Shown here piece after piece: positions 40,531 to 49,442 of a stretch of DNA of 64,000 nucleotides. This stretch comes from Candidatus Velthaea sp. (lineage in GTDB: Bacteria; Vulcanimicrobiota; Vulcanimicrobiia; Vulcanimicrobiales; Vulcanimicrobiaceae). The notes below the pieces were generated by a model, which saw nothing but the letters and a program-made list of their open reading frames with translations, was not told the origin of the DNA and made no database searches. Location: assembly GCA_050012475.1 (NCBI GenBank), contig JBEKHC010000004.1, positions 44,297 to 108,296 of the forward strand, read 5' to 3'. The stretch's first letter is position 1. Each line of letters begins with the position of its first letter. The translations under genes were made by a program, and so were the position numbers.

Positions 40531-42780
40531 TTACGGCAAGTAGAACCCGGCACTCACCGCGTGCAGTGTGATCGTACCGATCGAGCAAGCCGACGTCGAC
40601 GAACACGTCGCCGCGGCAACGCCGATCTGGTCGCCCGCATCGACGGCACCGTCGCCGTTCGCGTCGTACCAAACCGCGACGCGATACGCGCCGGTCGACG
40701 CCGGAACGTCGCCGATCTCGAACGTACCGTCCGCATTGACCGGAACGCCGGCCGGGAAGCTGGCATCGAGGAACTTGGGCCGGTTGGTGTTGCCGGTCGC
40801 GTAGGCGAACGCGACGAGCTGCGCGGTTCCCGCTTTTTGCGCGCTCGGCCCGCTGTACGCCGCCGTGTCGCGGATGAGCGACGCCAGCGCGCGATAGGCG
40901 TTGAGGCGGCCGTGACCTTGATGCGAACTGTTGATGTTGTCGGCGGTGCTCTCGATGGCGTACTTCACTTGCGCGGGCGTCAGGCGTCCGTGACCGCCCG
41001 CTTCGGCGATGAGCATCGCCGCGGTTGCCGAAACTTGCGGCGTTGCTTGCGAGGTGCCCTCGAAGGCATACACGCAGCTCGTCGCCGGACTCTGCGTCGC
41101 GCATTGGACCGATGAATCGCTGGTCGGATAGGCCGTCGACGTGTAGTAGTTCACGATCCAGTGCAGCACGTCGTTGTCGTTGCACGACGAATCGTTGCAG
41201 GCGGCGTCGCCGCCGGGTGCCACCACGCTCAGGCTCGGCGAATACTGCGAATACGACGTCACTTCTTCGGTCGAGGTCGCGTACGTGCCGTCGCTGGACT
41301 GCTGCTGGCCGTAGTATTGATCTTTGAGTCCGGTCGCGCCGACGGAGATCACGCCGGGATAGGCGGCGGGATAGTCGAGCGTGCCGGCAACTTCGCCGTT
41401 GTCGCTGTTTCCGGCGGCAGCCACCACCGTGACGCCCGCCGCAATCGCGCTTTCGATTGCATTGAACTCGATCGTGTCGAATGATGGCGAACCGATGCTC
41501 ATGCTGATGACGTCGGCGCCGTTAGCGACGGCGTCCGCGACGGCTTGGGCCTCGTCGGGAGTCGTCGCCCCGATGCTGCCGTTCGCGTTGTTGCAGTAGG
41601 CGTTTTGAGCGGGGAAGATTTTGAACGCCATGAGCTTGGCGCCCCAAGCCGCGCCGGCAAATCCGACGCTGTCGGCTTTGGCGATGGCGATGCCGGCGAC
41701 GTTGGTTCCGTGACCGTTATCGTCTTGAACGGCCGCGAGCGTGGTCGTCACCTGCGGTGTCGCGTTGGCCAGCGGGTCGCAGGTCGACGAAGACGAGGTG
41801 TTGTCGATCGGCGTGACCGCGGATTCTTGGAAAATCAACTGATCGGTGAGGTCGGTGTTGTTGCCGTCGATGCCGGTGTCGATGATCGCAAGTTTCGCAT
41901 TGGTTCCGGTGTTGTACGACCACGCGTAGTTGGTGCCGGTCGCCAAGGTGTACCACTGGAAACCGAAATCCGGGTCCGCAACGGTGGTCGGTTTGCGCGA
42001 CAGGAGCCGGCGGCGATGAACCGGCGTGACTTCGGCAACTTCGGGCTGGGCTTGCAGCTGACGCGTGAATGCGGCGGCATCGATGCCGTGCGGAACGCTG
42101 ACCACGCGGAGCCGGTCGGCCGACGCCGATAGTGTCTCGCGCCCCACGCTGCCCACCGCGCGTTCGACGTCGGCCGGCGAACGGCCCGAGGTGCGCAGCG
42201 CGGCGGCACTCATGCGGACCGCCAAGCGCGTCGGGTCGACATCAAACGCTGACGCGGTCCGGCTCGCGAGCCCCCGATGCTTGACGGTCGACAGCATGCT
42301 CCGCATGCTGACGGACGAGCTGCGGCGGATCGATTGCAGACTCGAAACCGCGACCGTGCCCTTCGCAGCCGACGCCGCGTTGTAGTAGACCGTGTGCGGA
42401 CCGTCATAAACCTGGACGATGGGGACCGTGTACCCCGAGGGCGAGAACACGATCGCCAGCGGGCTGCCGGACGACGCCGGGGTGACCGTCGCGGGCGTCG
42501 TGTAGGACGCGCCGCCGACGGTGAAGGCGATGCCGCTCGGATTGGAGGTTACGGCATACGAGCTGGGGTTGTTGCCGTCGTTGACGAAACCGCCCGCGCC
42601 GCCCCCGCTGCTCTGCTGGCCAGGGACGACCAGCGTCCCCGGTGCCGGCGTCGCGGTCGCGACATTCACGACGGGTGTGGTCGAACTGCTTCCGCCGCCA
42701 CCTCCTGCGCATGCACTGAGAAAAGCAAGCATGACAAAGCCGGCGCACACGCGTGCGGCGGAGGGGAAGCGATGTTGCAT
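40531..42780 (-). CDS. S8 (subtilisin-like) serine peptidase lipoprotein
   Basis: Lipobox LSAC; IIDTG, DNGHGT.VAG, VAAAGN, YPAAY, GTSQATP catalytic triad motifs. Confidence 0.94.
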   Translation of the reverse strand: MQHRFPSAARVCAGFVMLAFLSACAGGGGGSSSTTPVVNVATATPAPGTLVVPGQQSSGGGAGGFVNDGNNPSSYAVTSNPSGIAFTVGGASYTTPATVTPASSGSPLAIVFSPSGYTVPIVQVYDGPHTVYYNAASAAKGTVAVSSLQSIRRSSSVSMRSMLSTVKHRGLASRTASAFDVDPTRLAVRMSAAALRTSGRSPADVERAVGSVGRETLSASADRLRVVSVPHGIDAAAFTRQLQAQPEVAEVTPVHRRRLLSRKPTTVADPDFGFQWYTLATGTNYAWSYNTGTNAKLAIIDTGIDGNNTDLTDQLIFQESAVTPIDNTSSSSTCDPLANATPQVTTTLAAVQDDNGHGTNVAGIAIAKADSVGFAGAAWGAKLMAFKIFPAQNAYCNNANGSIGATTPDEAQAVADAVANGADVISMSIGSPSFDTIEFNAIESAIAAGVTVVAAAGNSDNGEVAGTLDYPAAYPGVISVGATGLKDQYYGQQQSSDGTYATSTEEVTSYSQYSPSLSVVAPGGDAACNDSSCNDNDVLHWIVNYYTSTAYPTSDSSVQCATQSPATSCVYAFEGTSQATPQVSATAAMLIAEAGGHGRLTPAQVKYAIESTADNINSSHQGHGRLNAYRALASLIRDTAAYSGPSAQKAGTAQLVAFAYATGNTNRPKFLDASFPAGVPVNADGTFEIGDVPASTGAYRVAVWYDANGDGAVDAGDQIGVAAATCSSTSACSIGTITLHAVSAGFYLP

Positions 42781-42784
42781 GGTG

Positions 42785-44059
42785 TTAGCGAACGACTCCT
42801 ACGGCGGGGCTCGTCGATTCCAAGCGGCGCCAGATCAGATTCAATGCGGCCGTCGCCGCTCTCGTTCGTATATCGGCACGGGTTCCGGGAAAATTGATCT
42901 TGACCGCCTGGGCATCCCCGTCAGGCCCGGCGTAGCCGAACCAGACCAAGCCGACCGGCTTCTCGGGCGTTCCGCCGTCCGGCCCGGCGACGCCCGTGGT
43001 CGATATCGCGATGTCGACGCCGAGCCGCTCCCGCGCGCCGCGCGCCATCGCGAGCGCGGTCGCTTCGCTGACCGCACCCTCGGCGGCCAGTGTGGCGGGC
43101 GGAACGCCGAGCAGCGCGGTCTTGACGTCGTTGGCATAGGCCACGATCGAACCGCGAAAGGTCTGCGAAACACCCGCGACGCTCACGAGCGCGTCGGCGA
43201 TCGCGCCGCCGGTACACGACTCGGCCGTGCCGATCGTCAGCTCGCGGCGCACCAGTTCACCCACGATCGCGCTTTCGAGCGACGTGTCGTCGTCGCCGAA
43301 GTACCCGCTGCCGATCCGGCTGCGCAGCTTCGCGGCCAGCGGTGCGAGCAGTGCCTCGGCGCTCGCAGCGTCGGCAGCTTTGGCCATCAGCTTGACGTCG
43401 ACCCGGCCGGCGTGAGCGAGCAGCGCGATCTTGGGGTTTTCCAGCGTCCGAAAGAGGTCTTCTATGCGCCGATCGAGCTCGGATTCCGGAATGCCCACGG
43501 TGTGCAGCGTGCGAGTAAAGATCGCCGAACGGACGTCGAAGCGTTGCGTCAGCCAGGGAATGAGCCGCTCGGTCAACATCGGCATCATCTCGCGCGGCAC
43601 GCCCGGCATCGAGGCGACGAACTTGCCGTCGGCGCGCAGGGCGACGAAGCCCGGCGCGGTGCCGTGGGGGTTGTCGAGCACGGTGCTGCCCGCGGGCAGC
43701 ATCGCCTGCCGCGTGTTGTTCGCGCTCATCGTGCGGCCCATCGCCGCGAAGCGCGCTTCGATCGCCCGCAGCGACGGTTCGTGCAGCTCCAGCGGACGGC
43801 CGACGACGCGGCCCACAGCGTCCTTGGTGAGATCGTCGACGGTCGGCCCCAGGCCGCCGGTGGTGATGACGCCGTCGGCCCGGCCCAGCGCGCCTTCGAG
43901 CATGACGGCCAGGCGATCCGTGTTGTCGCCGACGGAGTGCTTGGCGAAGACGTCGATGCCGGCCTCGGCGAGCCGCTGCGCGATGAACGCGGCGTTTGTA
44001 TCGACGAGGTGGCCAAGCAGAATTTCGGTCCCGATCGTGACGATCTCGACGGATGCCAT
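42785..44059 (-). CDS. cinA: Competence/damage-inducible protein CinA (MoCF-like + NMN deamidase PncC)
   Basis: IGTEILLG..DTN, VGDN, TGGLGPT.DDLT, GTAPG, PGVP.EM, AESCTGG, GAVS, TG.AGP.GGT.EKPVG.V. Confidence 0.96.
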   Translation of the reverse strand: MASVEIVTIGTEILLGHLVDTNAAFIAQRLAEAGIDVFAKHSVGDNTDRLAVMLEGALGRADGVITTGGLGPTVDDLTKDAVGRVVGRPLELHEPSLRAIEARFAAMGRTMSANNTRQAMLPAGSTVLDNPHGTAPGFVALRADGKFVASMPGVPREMMPMLTERLIPWLTQRFDVRSAIFTRTLHTVGIPESELDRRIEDLFRTLENPKIALLAHAGRVDVKLMAKAADAASAEALLAPLAAKLRSRIGSGYFGDDDTSLESAIVGELVRRELTIGTAESCTGGAIADALVSVAGVSQTFRGSIVAYANDVKTALLGVPPATLAAEGAVSEATALAMARGARERLGVDIAISTTGVAGPDGGTPEKPVGLVWFGYAGPDGDAQAVKINFPGTRADIRTRAATAALNLIWRRLESTSPAVGVVR

Positions 44060-44212
44060 CGTGCCTCCATCCCGCGCCGACCGCCGCGGCCCCTCCACCC
44101 TGCGTGGAGCCGTGCGAGCCCGTCCGTGCGCGACGTCACGGGATGACTCCGCGGCGCACGTTAGCATAAGGTGCGGTTTGTCGCCTCCGCTACGCTTGCA
44201 CGAATCCTTTTA

Positions 44213-44221
44213 TGGTATAAA
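44213..44221 (+). promoter_or_regulatory. Extended -10 promoter TGgTATAAA, 7 nt before an ATG (probable leaderless transcript)
   Basis: TTTTATGGTATAAACCGACATATG. Confidence 0.6.
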
Positions 44222-44228
44222 CCGACAT

Positions 44229-44459
44229 ATGATGAACACGCTCAAGAGCCGTCTGCTCAACGTTGGCCTCGTTGCCTCAGCTGCTGTGCTTTTGCCGACG
44301 GCCGTCTTCGCGCAAGACGTCGCGCCGTATTCGGAAAATGCATCGAACGTGATCGGTGCGCTGGTTGTGTGGCTGCTGCCCATCGGCGGAGCTTTCGCGG
44401 TCGGCGTCATGTTCGCGTCCGACAAGAGCGCGCAGCAGAATCGAATCAGCCGCCGCTAA
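44229..44459 (+). CDS. Small (76 aa) protein with signal peptide and one TM helix
   Basis: MMNTLKSRLLNVGLVASAAVLLPTAVFA/QD..VIGALVVWLLPIGGAFAVGVMFA; lies directly behind a promoter. Confidence 0.7.
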   Translation: MMNTLKSRLLNVGLVASAAVLLPTAVFAQDVAPYSENASNVIGALVVWLLPIGGAFAVGVMFASDKSAQQNRISRR

Positions 44460-44537
44460 CATCCAAGCCGCGGAGCCAGGGTTCGCCGCGCGGCGGTCGG
44501 GCAGATCACCGGCCGCGCGCGATTCCAGGTAATCGCG

Positions 44538-45173
44538 CTACCGTTCATCGACGATGCACGGACCGAAGGGTTCGGCCCCGTCGAACCATGCCGGATACGT
44601 CACGCGAATCTCGACGTCAAACCCGTCGGCCGCGCTGCGCATCATTGAACGCCGCTCTTGTGAGTCGGCGTTGTTTGCTCTGGCCCGCCGGCGCTGTTGG
44701 GCCAGACATTCGAGAAAGCGCGCGAACCGCTCGTTCAGCGCGCTTTGCAATTTCGCCCGCAGGATCGCCGCGACGCGCGGCGCCGCACCGCCGGTCGAGA
44801 TCGCGATCCGCGCCCGGCCCGCGCTGGCCACGGCGGTCATCGCTACGAAGCCGTACGCGGGCTGATCGATCGCGCAAAACAGAAACCGCCGGTCGTCGGC
44901 CAACCGCCGCAAGCGCGCGGCGAGCGCCTCGTCCTGGGTCGTCAAAATGACGAAGTAGGCATCGCTCAGATCCTCGTCGCGCAGGTCGGCGCCGCTTTGC
45001 AGCCACGCGACCTCGGCGCCGGCGGCGCGCAGCGCGGCATCCTTTTCGATCGCCTCGCGATCGTCGCCGGCGCCGATCAGGACGCACTTGCGTCCAACGA
45101 GATTGAGTCCGACGGGAAAGAACGCGGGCGGTAGAATCTCGGGCCATTCGAGCGGCGACGGGCGGCTCGGCAT
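44538..45173 (-). CDS. Precorrin-2 dehydrogenase/sirohydrochlorin ferrochelatase-like (CysG N-terminal/SirC)
   Basis: FFPVGLNL.G.KCVLIG, DL.DA..VI, AIDQP..F, IAISTGG.AP.VA..LR. Confidence 0.85.
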   Translation of the reverse strand: MPSRPSPLEWPEILPPAFFPVGLNLVGRKCVLIGAGDDREAIEKDAALRAAGAEVAWLQSGADLRDEDLSDAYFVILTTQDEALAARLRRLADDRRFLFCAIDQPAYGFVAMTAVASAGRARIAISTGGAAPRVAAILRAKLQSALNERFARFLECLAQQRRRARANNADSQERRSMMRSAADGFDVEIRVTYPAWFDGAEPFGPCIVDER

Positions 45174-45174
45174 T

Positions 45175-46038
45175 TCAGTAATCCACGGGACGCAAATAAA
45201 ACTCGTTGATCGCCGTCCCCGAAACGAGCGCCGTCGTCGGCAGATGGCGTTTCCAGTGCGTGCTGTCGACCCGCCGCCGAACCAAAGCCACTTCTTCCGC
45301 GGTGAACCCGCGCGCGACGATGGTCGCGTCGCGGTACCCGACCAAGATCAGGCTCAAGATCTGGTCGGCTTTCGCGTACGTGATGCCCAGATCCGACTCA
45401 TCGGTTTGATTCAATTCGAGATCGGCGCTGGGCGCTTTGTCGATCACGCGCACGGGAACGTTGAGATAGCGCGCCAGCGCCCAGACCTGCGTTTTGAACA
45501 GGTCGCCGATCGGATTGACCGGCGGCGTGTCGTCGGCGTGCCAAGTGAAATAGCCCATCAGACGTTCGGTCTTGTTTCCGGTCCCGATCGGCAGCGCGCC
45601 CAGCCGCGCCGATTGATCGAACAGCGTGAGCATACGCATCCGGGCCATGACGTTGCCCTTGCGCCGCGCGTCGGCGTCGGGCGCCTGCCGCAGGTAGCCG
45701 TCGACCGCGTCGCTGATCTCGAGCGTTTGCGCGTTGATGCCGAGTTCGTCGATCACCAATTGCGCGTCGTGCAGGCTGTCCGCGCTCGACGTCCGATAGG
45801 GCATGCGAATCGCGTGGACGTTATGCGGTCCCAGCGCGCGTGCGCACAAGTAGGCGACGACCGCCGAGTCGATTCCGCCGCTGAGGCCCAGCACCGCGCG
45901 GCCGATCTTCCGCCGCACGAGCAGTTCGTCGTGCAGAAACGCCTCCAACCATTTCGCCGTCATCGCCGGGTCGATCGCCAGCGCCGCCAGCGGCTCGGCC
46001 GGACGCGCCGTGATCACCGGCAGCCGCGCGGCCGTCAT
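45175..46038 (-). CDS. nadE: NAD+ synthetase, synthetase subunit
   Basis: GLSGGIDSAV, GN.MAR.RM..LFD, GTGNKTE..MGYFT..D, PIGDLFKTQV, KAPSADL..QTDE.DLG. Confidence 0.96.
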   Translation of the reverse strand: MTAARLPVITARPAEPLAALAIDPAMTAKWLEAFLHDELLVRRKIGRAVLGLSGGIDSAVVAYLCARALGPHNVHAIRMPYRTSSADSLHDAQLVIDELGINAQTLEISDAVDGYLRQAPDADARRKGNVMARMRMLTLFDQSARLGALPIGTGNKTERLMGYFTWHADDTPPVNPIGDLFKTQVWALARYLNVPVRVIDKAPSADLELNQTDESDLGITYAKADQILSLILVGYRDATIVARGFTAEEVALVRRRVDSTHWKRHLPTTALVSGTAINEFYLRPVDY

Positions 46039-46952
46039 CGCAACCCGCGTTCGGGAAGCGGGATTTCCGCGTCGAGCCACAGATCGGGAAGGACCGCAGC
46101 CAGATCGCCCAACAGCGGCAGCGTCGCCCGCGCAACCTCGAATTCCGCGGGGTCGAGGTCGGCCCGCAGAATGCAGGCTTCGAGCGCGGGCGCCTCGACC
46201 ACGAACGTCCCGGCCGGGGAGATGATGCACGACGAGCCGGCCATGCCTTTCCCCCCTTCGAATCCGGTGAGCCCCGAATAGATGACGTACACACCGTGTT
46301 CGGACGCGTGGGCGCGCAGGATCGCTTTCCAGCGCGCGATGCTCTCGAGTTCGCCGTTGCCCGATAGCCCGCGGCCCGGCGATGCGCTGGGAACGAACAG
46401 CACGTGCGCGCCCTTGAGCGCGGCGATGGTCGGCATGATGCTGTGCCACGCATCTTCGCAGATCAGAATCGCCGCCGGACCGAACGCCGAGGGGAACACC
46501 TGCAGCCGGCGTCCGCGCGAATGAAAGCGCTCCTCGTCGAACACGCCGTAGGTCGGCAAGAACATCTTGCGGTGCACGTGCACGATGATGGGATCCGCCG
46601 CGCTCAAGCGGACGTACATCGCACTGTTGTAGAACGTCCCGCCGTCGTTCTCGAAGAAACCGCACACGACGTCGACCTCCGGTGCCTGCGGGCCGGCGGC
46701 GGTTCGCCACGCATCGCTGAGGACGCGCGCGAAAGCGTCCGCACTCAACGCCAGTTCGTACACCGCGCCTTCGAGAAAATAGCCGGTCAAACACGCCTCG
46801 GGCAGCACGATCAAGCGCGGTGCGCCGGCAGCGTGCAGCTGGGCGAAGATTGCCTGCAGCGCCGCGGTGTTGGCGGCCACGTCGCCCTTGACCGGCTTGA
46901 ACTGCACGACCGCGACCGGAGTCGGCGGCGGAGCCGGAGCGTCGTGCTTCAA
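46035..46952 (-). CDS. Nitrilase-superfamily C-N hydrolase; probable glutaminase subunit of NAD synthetase
   Basis: VLPE..LTGY, HRKMFLPTYGVFDEERF, ICEDAWH, SASP (E-K-C triad); ATGA-coupled to nadE. Confidence 0.9.
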   Translation of the reverse strand: MKHDAPAPPPTPVAVVQFKPVKGDVAANTAALQAIFAQLHAAGAPRLIVLPEACLTGYFLEGAVYELALSADAFARVLSDAWRTAAGPQAPEVDVVCGFFENDGGTFYNSAMYVRLSAADPIIVHVHRKMFLPTYGVFDEERFHSRGRRLQVFPSAFGPAAILICEDAWHSIMPTIAALKGAHVLFVPSASPGRGLSGNGELESIARWKAILRAHASEHGVYVIYSGLTGFEGGKGMAGSSCIISPAGTFVVEAPALEACILRADLDPAEFEVARATLPLLGDLAAVLPDLWLDAEIPLPERGLR

Positions 46953-48352
46953 TGCGCGACGGCGAGCGCCGACGCCGCACCGACCGTCTCGGCCAGTTCC
47001 TCGGCTGGGTAGGTGAGGATCTCGGCCATTGTCGGATGCAAATGCGGAATCTTCAGATAGTCGAACACGGTCGCGTTGAATGCCATCGCGGCGAGCGGGA
47101 TGTGGATGAGATCCGAAGCGTGCGCGCCGAGGATGGCGACACCCAGAATCTTGCCGTCCAGCGGCGCCGCGAGCATCTTGACGAACCCTTTGGTCTTACC
47201 GATCGAGATCGCTTTGCCTAAATCGCTGAACGGATACGATGCCTTGACGTATGCGACGCCCGTCGCGAGCAGCTCTTTCTCGCTCTCGCCGGCGACGGCG
47301 ACTTGGGGATCCGAGAACACCGTGTGGGCTTTGGAGAGCGAATAGTCGATCCGCTCGTCGGCAGCGCGGATCGCGTTGCGGGCCGCAACCTCGCCTTGCT
47401 GAATCGCCACGTGCACGAGCAAGAATTGGCCGGTCACGTCGCCGACCGCGAAGATGTTGCGGTTCGAGGTGCGCATCGTCTGATCGACCTCGATGCCGCG
47501 AATGACATGCGCCCGCACCCCAGCCTTCTCCAGCCCCAACCCGGCGATGTTCGGCACCCGCCCCAACGCATAGAAAATCTCTTCGGCCGCGACTTCCGCC
47601 TCGCGCCCGTCGCGCACGTAATGCACCACTTTGGCGCCGTCGGCGCGCACGCTCACGCGCTGCACCTGGGCGCGCGTTTCGATCGTCATCCCGTCTTCGC
47701 GCAGGTACTCGGTGAGCGCTTCGCCGATGTCGGTATCTTCGCCCGACAGCAGCTGCGTGCCGCGGATGACGACCGTCACCGCGGTCCCGGTGCGCGAGAA
47801 AAATTGGCCGAGTTCGGTCGAAACGTAACCGCCGCCCAGCACGATCATCGATTTGGGCGGCGCTGCGAGTTCGAGCGCGGCGTCGCTGTCGATGAAGCCC
47901 GCCGCGGCCAAGCCCGGAATGACCGGCGGCGCGACCACCGAGCCGGTGCCGATGACGAACGCGCCGCCGCGCAGGACCACGTCGCCCACCCGCAGCGTGT
48001 CGGGCGATTCGAACGTCGCCTCGCCGCGAAAGATGGGAAACGTTTCGAGCGCCGCGTTGCGATAATCGGTGAAGCCGCCGATGATCTCTTTTTTGCGCGC
48101 CATCACGAACGGAAAATCGACTGCGGCGCGGCTCGCGCGAATCCCTAATTCGTGCGCATGATCGATCTCGTACGCCGCATCGCTGGTCGCGATCAGCGTT
48201 TTCGACGGCATGCAGCCGCGCAGAATGCACAAGCCGCCCAGCGGTCCGCGATCGACGAGCGCGACCGTCGCGCCTAACTCACGGGCGGTGCGCGCCGCGG
48301 CGTAGCCGCCGGAACCGGCGCCGACGACGATGAGATCGAAAGAAGTTTGCAT
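46949..48352 (-). CDS. Class I pyridine nucleotide-disulfide oxidoreductase (dihydrolipoamide dehydrogenase-like)
   Basis: GAGSGG, GGLCILRGCMPSK, GGGYV..E, FAVGDV, HPTMAE. Confidence 0.92.
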   Translation of the reverse strand: MQTSFDLIVVGAGSGGYAAARTARELGATVALVDRGPLGGLCILRGCMPSKTLIATSDAAYEIDHAHELGIRASRAAVDFPFVMARKKEIIGGFTDYRNAALETFPIFRGEATFESPDTLRVGDVVLRGGAFVIGTGSVVAPPVIPGLAAAGFIDSDAALELAAPPKSMIVLGGGYVSTELGQFFSRTGTAVTVVIRGTQLLSGEDTDIGEALTEYLREDGMTIETRAQVQRVSVRADGAKVVHYVRDGREAEVAAEEIFYALGRVPNIAGLGLEKAGVRAHVIRGIEVDQTMRTSNRNIFAVGDVTGQFLLVHVAIQQGEVAARNAIRAADERIDYSLSKAHTVFSDPQVAVAGESEKELLATGVAYVKASYPFSDLGKAISIGKTKGFVKMLAAPLDGKILGVAILGAHASDLIHIPLAAMAFNATVFDYLKIPHLHPTMAEILTYPAEELAETVGAASALAVAH

Positions 48353-48373
48353 GATGAAGCGGTAGCCGAATCC

Positions 48374-49369
48374 TCAGGGGTGCCGGCGGTGGGGTTTGGC
48401 CCCCAACCGGTGAACACTCTCGATGAACCGCACGGTTCCGGTGGAACTGTGGATCAGGATCGAATGGGTTTTGGCCTGGTTGCCGGTGAAGCGCACGCCG
48501 CGCACGAGGTCCCCGTCGGTGATGCCGGTCGCGACGAAGACGATGCTCTCGCCGCGCACCAAATCGTCGAGGCTCAGGATCCGGTCGAGATCGCCGAAGC
48601 CCATCGCCTGCGCCCGCTCGCCTTCGGCAACGCTGCGCGGCTTGAGCCGGCCCATGAACCCGCCGCCCAGGCACTTGAGCGCAGCGGCGGCAAGCACGCC
48701 CTCGGGCGCGCCGCCGGTGCCCATCGAAACGTGAATGCCGGTTCCCTCGATGCACGTTGCGATCGCGGCGTCGACGTCGCCGTCAGAGATGAGCTTGATC
48801 CGGGCGCCGGCTTCCCGGCACTCGCGAATGAGGTCGCGGTGGCGTTCGCGATCGAGTATGACGACGGTCACATCATTGATCGGGCGTTCGAGCGCGTTGG
48901 CGACCGCGTCGAGATTGTCAGCGACCGCTGCATCGATGTGCACGTACGGCGCGGCTTTGGGCCCGACGGCGAGCTTCTGCATGTAGGAGTCGGGCGCGTG
49001 GAGCAGACCGCCGCGCTCGGCAATCGCCATCACCGCGATCGAATTGGGCAACCCGTTGGCGACCAGGTTCGTCCCTTCGACCGGATCGACCGCGATGTCG
49101 ACCGCGAAACCGCCCAGGCCCAACTCTTCCCCGATGAACAGCATCGGCGCTTCGTCCCGCTCGCCCTCGCCGATCACGATCCGGCCGGCGATCTGCATGT
49201 CGTTGAGGGCGTCGCGCATCTTTTCGACCGCCGCGCCGTCGGCGATGTTGCGTTCGCCGCGGCCCATCCAGCGTGACGCCGCGAGCGCGGCCGCTTCGGT
49301 AACGCGCACGAAGTCCAGCGTATCGACCGGGCTTCGGCCAGTCATCGTTTGAGGAATCAAGGCTGCCAC
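48374..49369 (-). CDS. glpX: Class II fructose-1,6-bisphosphatase
   Basis: RVTEAAA, IVIGEGERDEAPML.IGE, DIAVDPVEGT, YM.K, LDRERH, DGDV, GGAPEGVL.A, ATG.TDG; GTG start after SD GAGGA. Confidence 0.97.
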   Translation of the reverse strand: MAALIPQTMTGRSPVDTLDFVRVTEAAALAASRWMGRGERNIADGAAVEKMRDALNDMQIAGRIVIGEGERDEAPMLFIGEELGLGGFAVDIAVDPVEGTNLVANGLPNSIAVMAIAERGGLLHAPDSYMQKLAVGPKAAPYVHIDAAVADNLDAVANALERPINDVTVVILDRERHRDLIRECREAGARIKLISDGDVDAAIATCIEGTGIHVSMGTGGAPEGVLAAAALKCLGGGFMGRLKPRSVAEGERAQAMGFGDLDRILSLDDLVRGESIVFVATGITDGDLVRGVRFTGNQAKTHSILIHSSTGTVRFIESVHRLGAKPHRRHP

Positions 49370-49442
49370 GATCCAATCCTCACACGGTCGAGGAGTATTT
49401 CCCTTGCAGGCGTTGGGCGGAAATGAAACCAAAACCGAGCTT

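Noticed and set aside
40110..40556. RNase P RNA (GTAAGCCC..TGCAAGGACAAAAT and AGAACCCGGC resemble conserved segments)
   Set aside because: The GAGGAAAGUCC motif is absent, and AGAACCCGGC is the antisense of the peptidase's last codons; kept only as an unassigned structured region.
46949..48352. Mercuric reductase MerA
   Set aside because: No C-terminal Cys-Cys pair or NmerA domain, it has HPTxxE, and there are no mer genes nearby.
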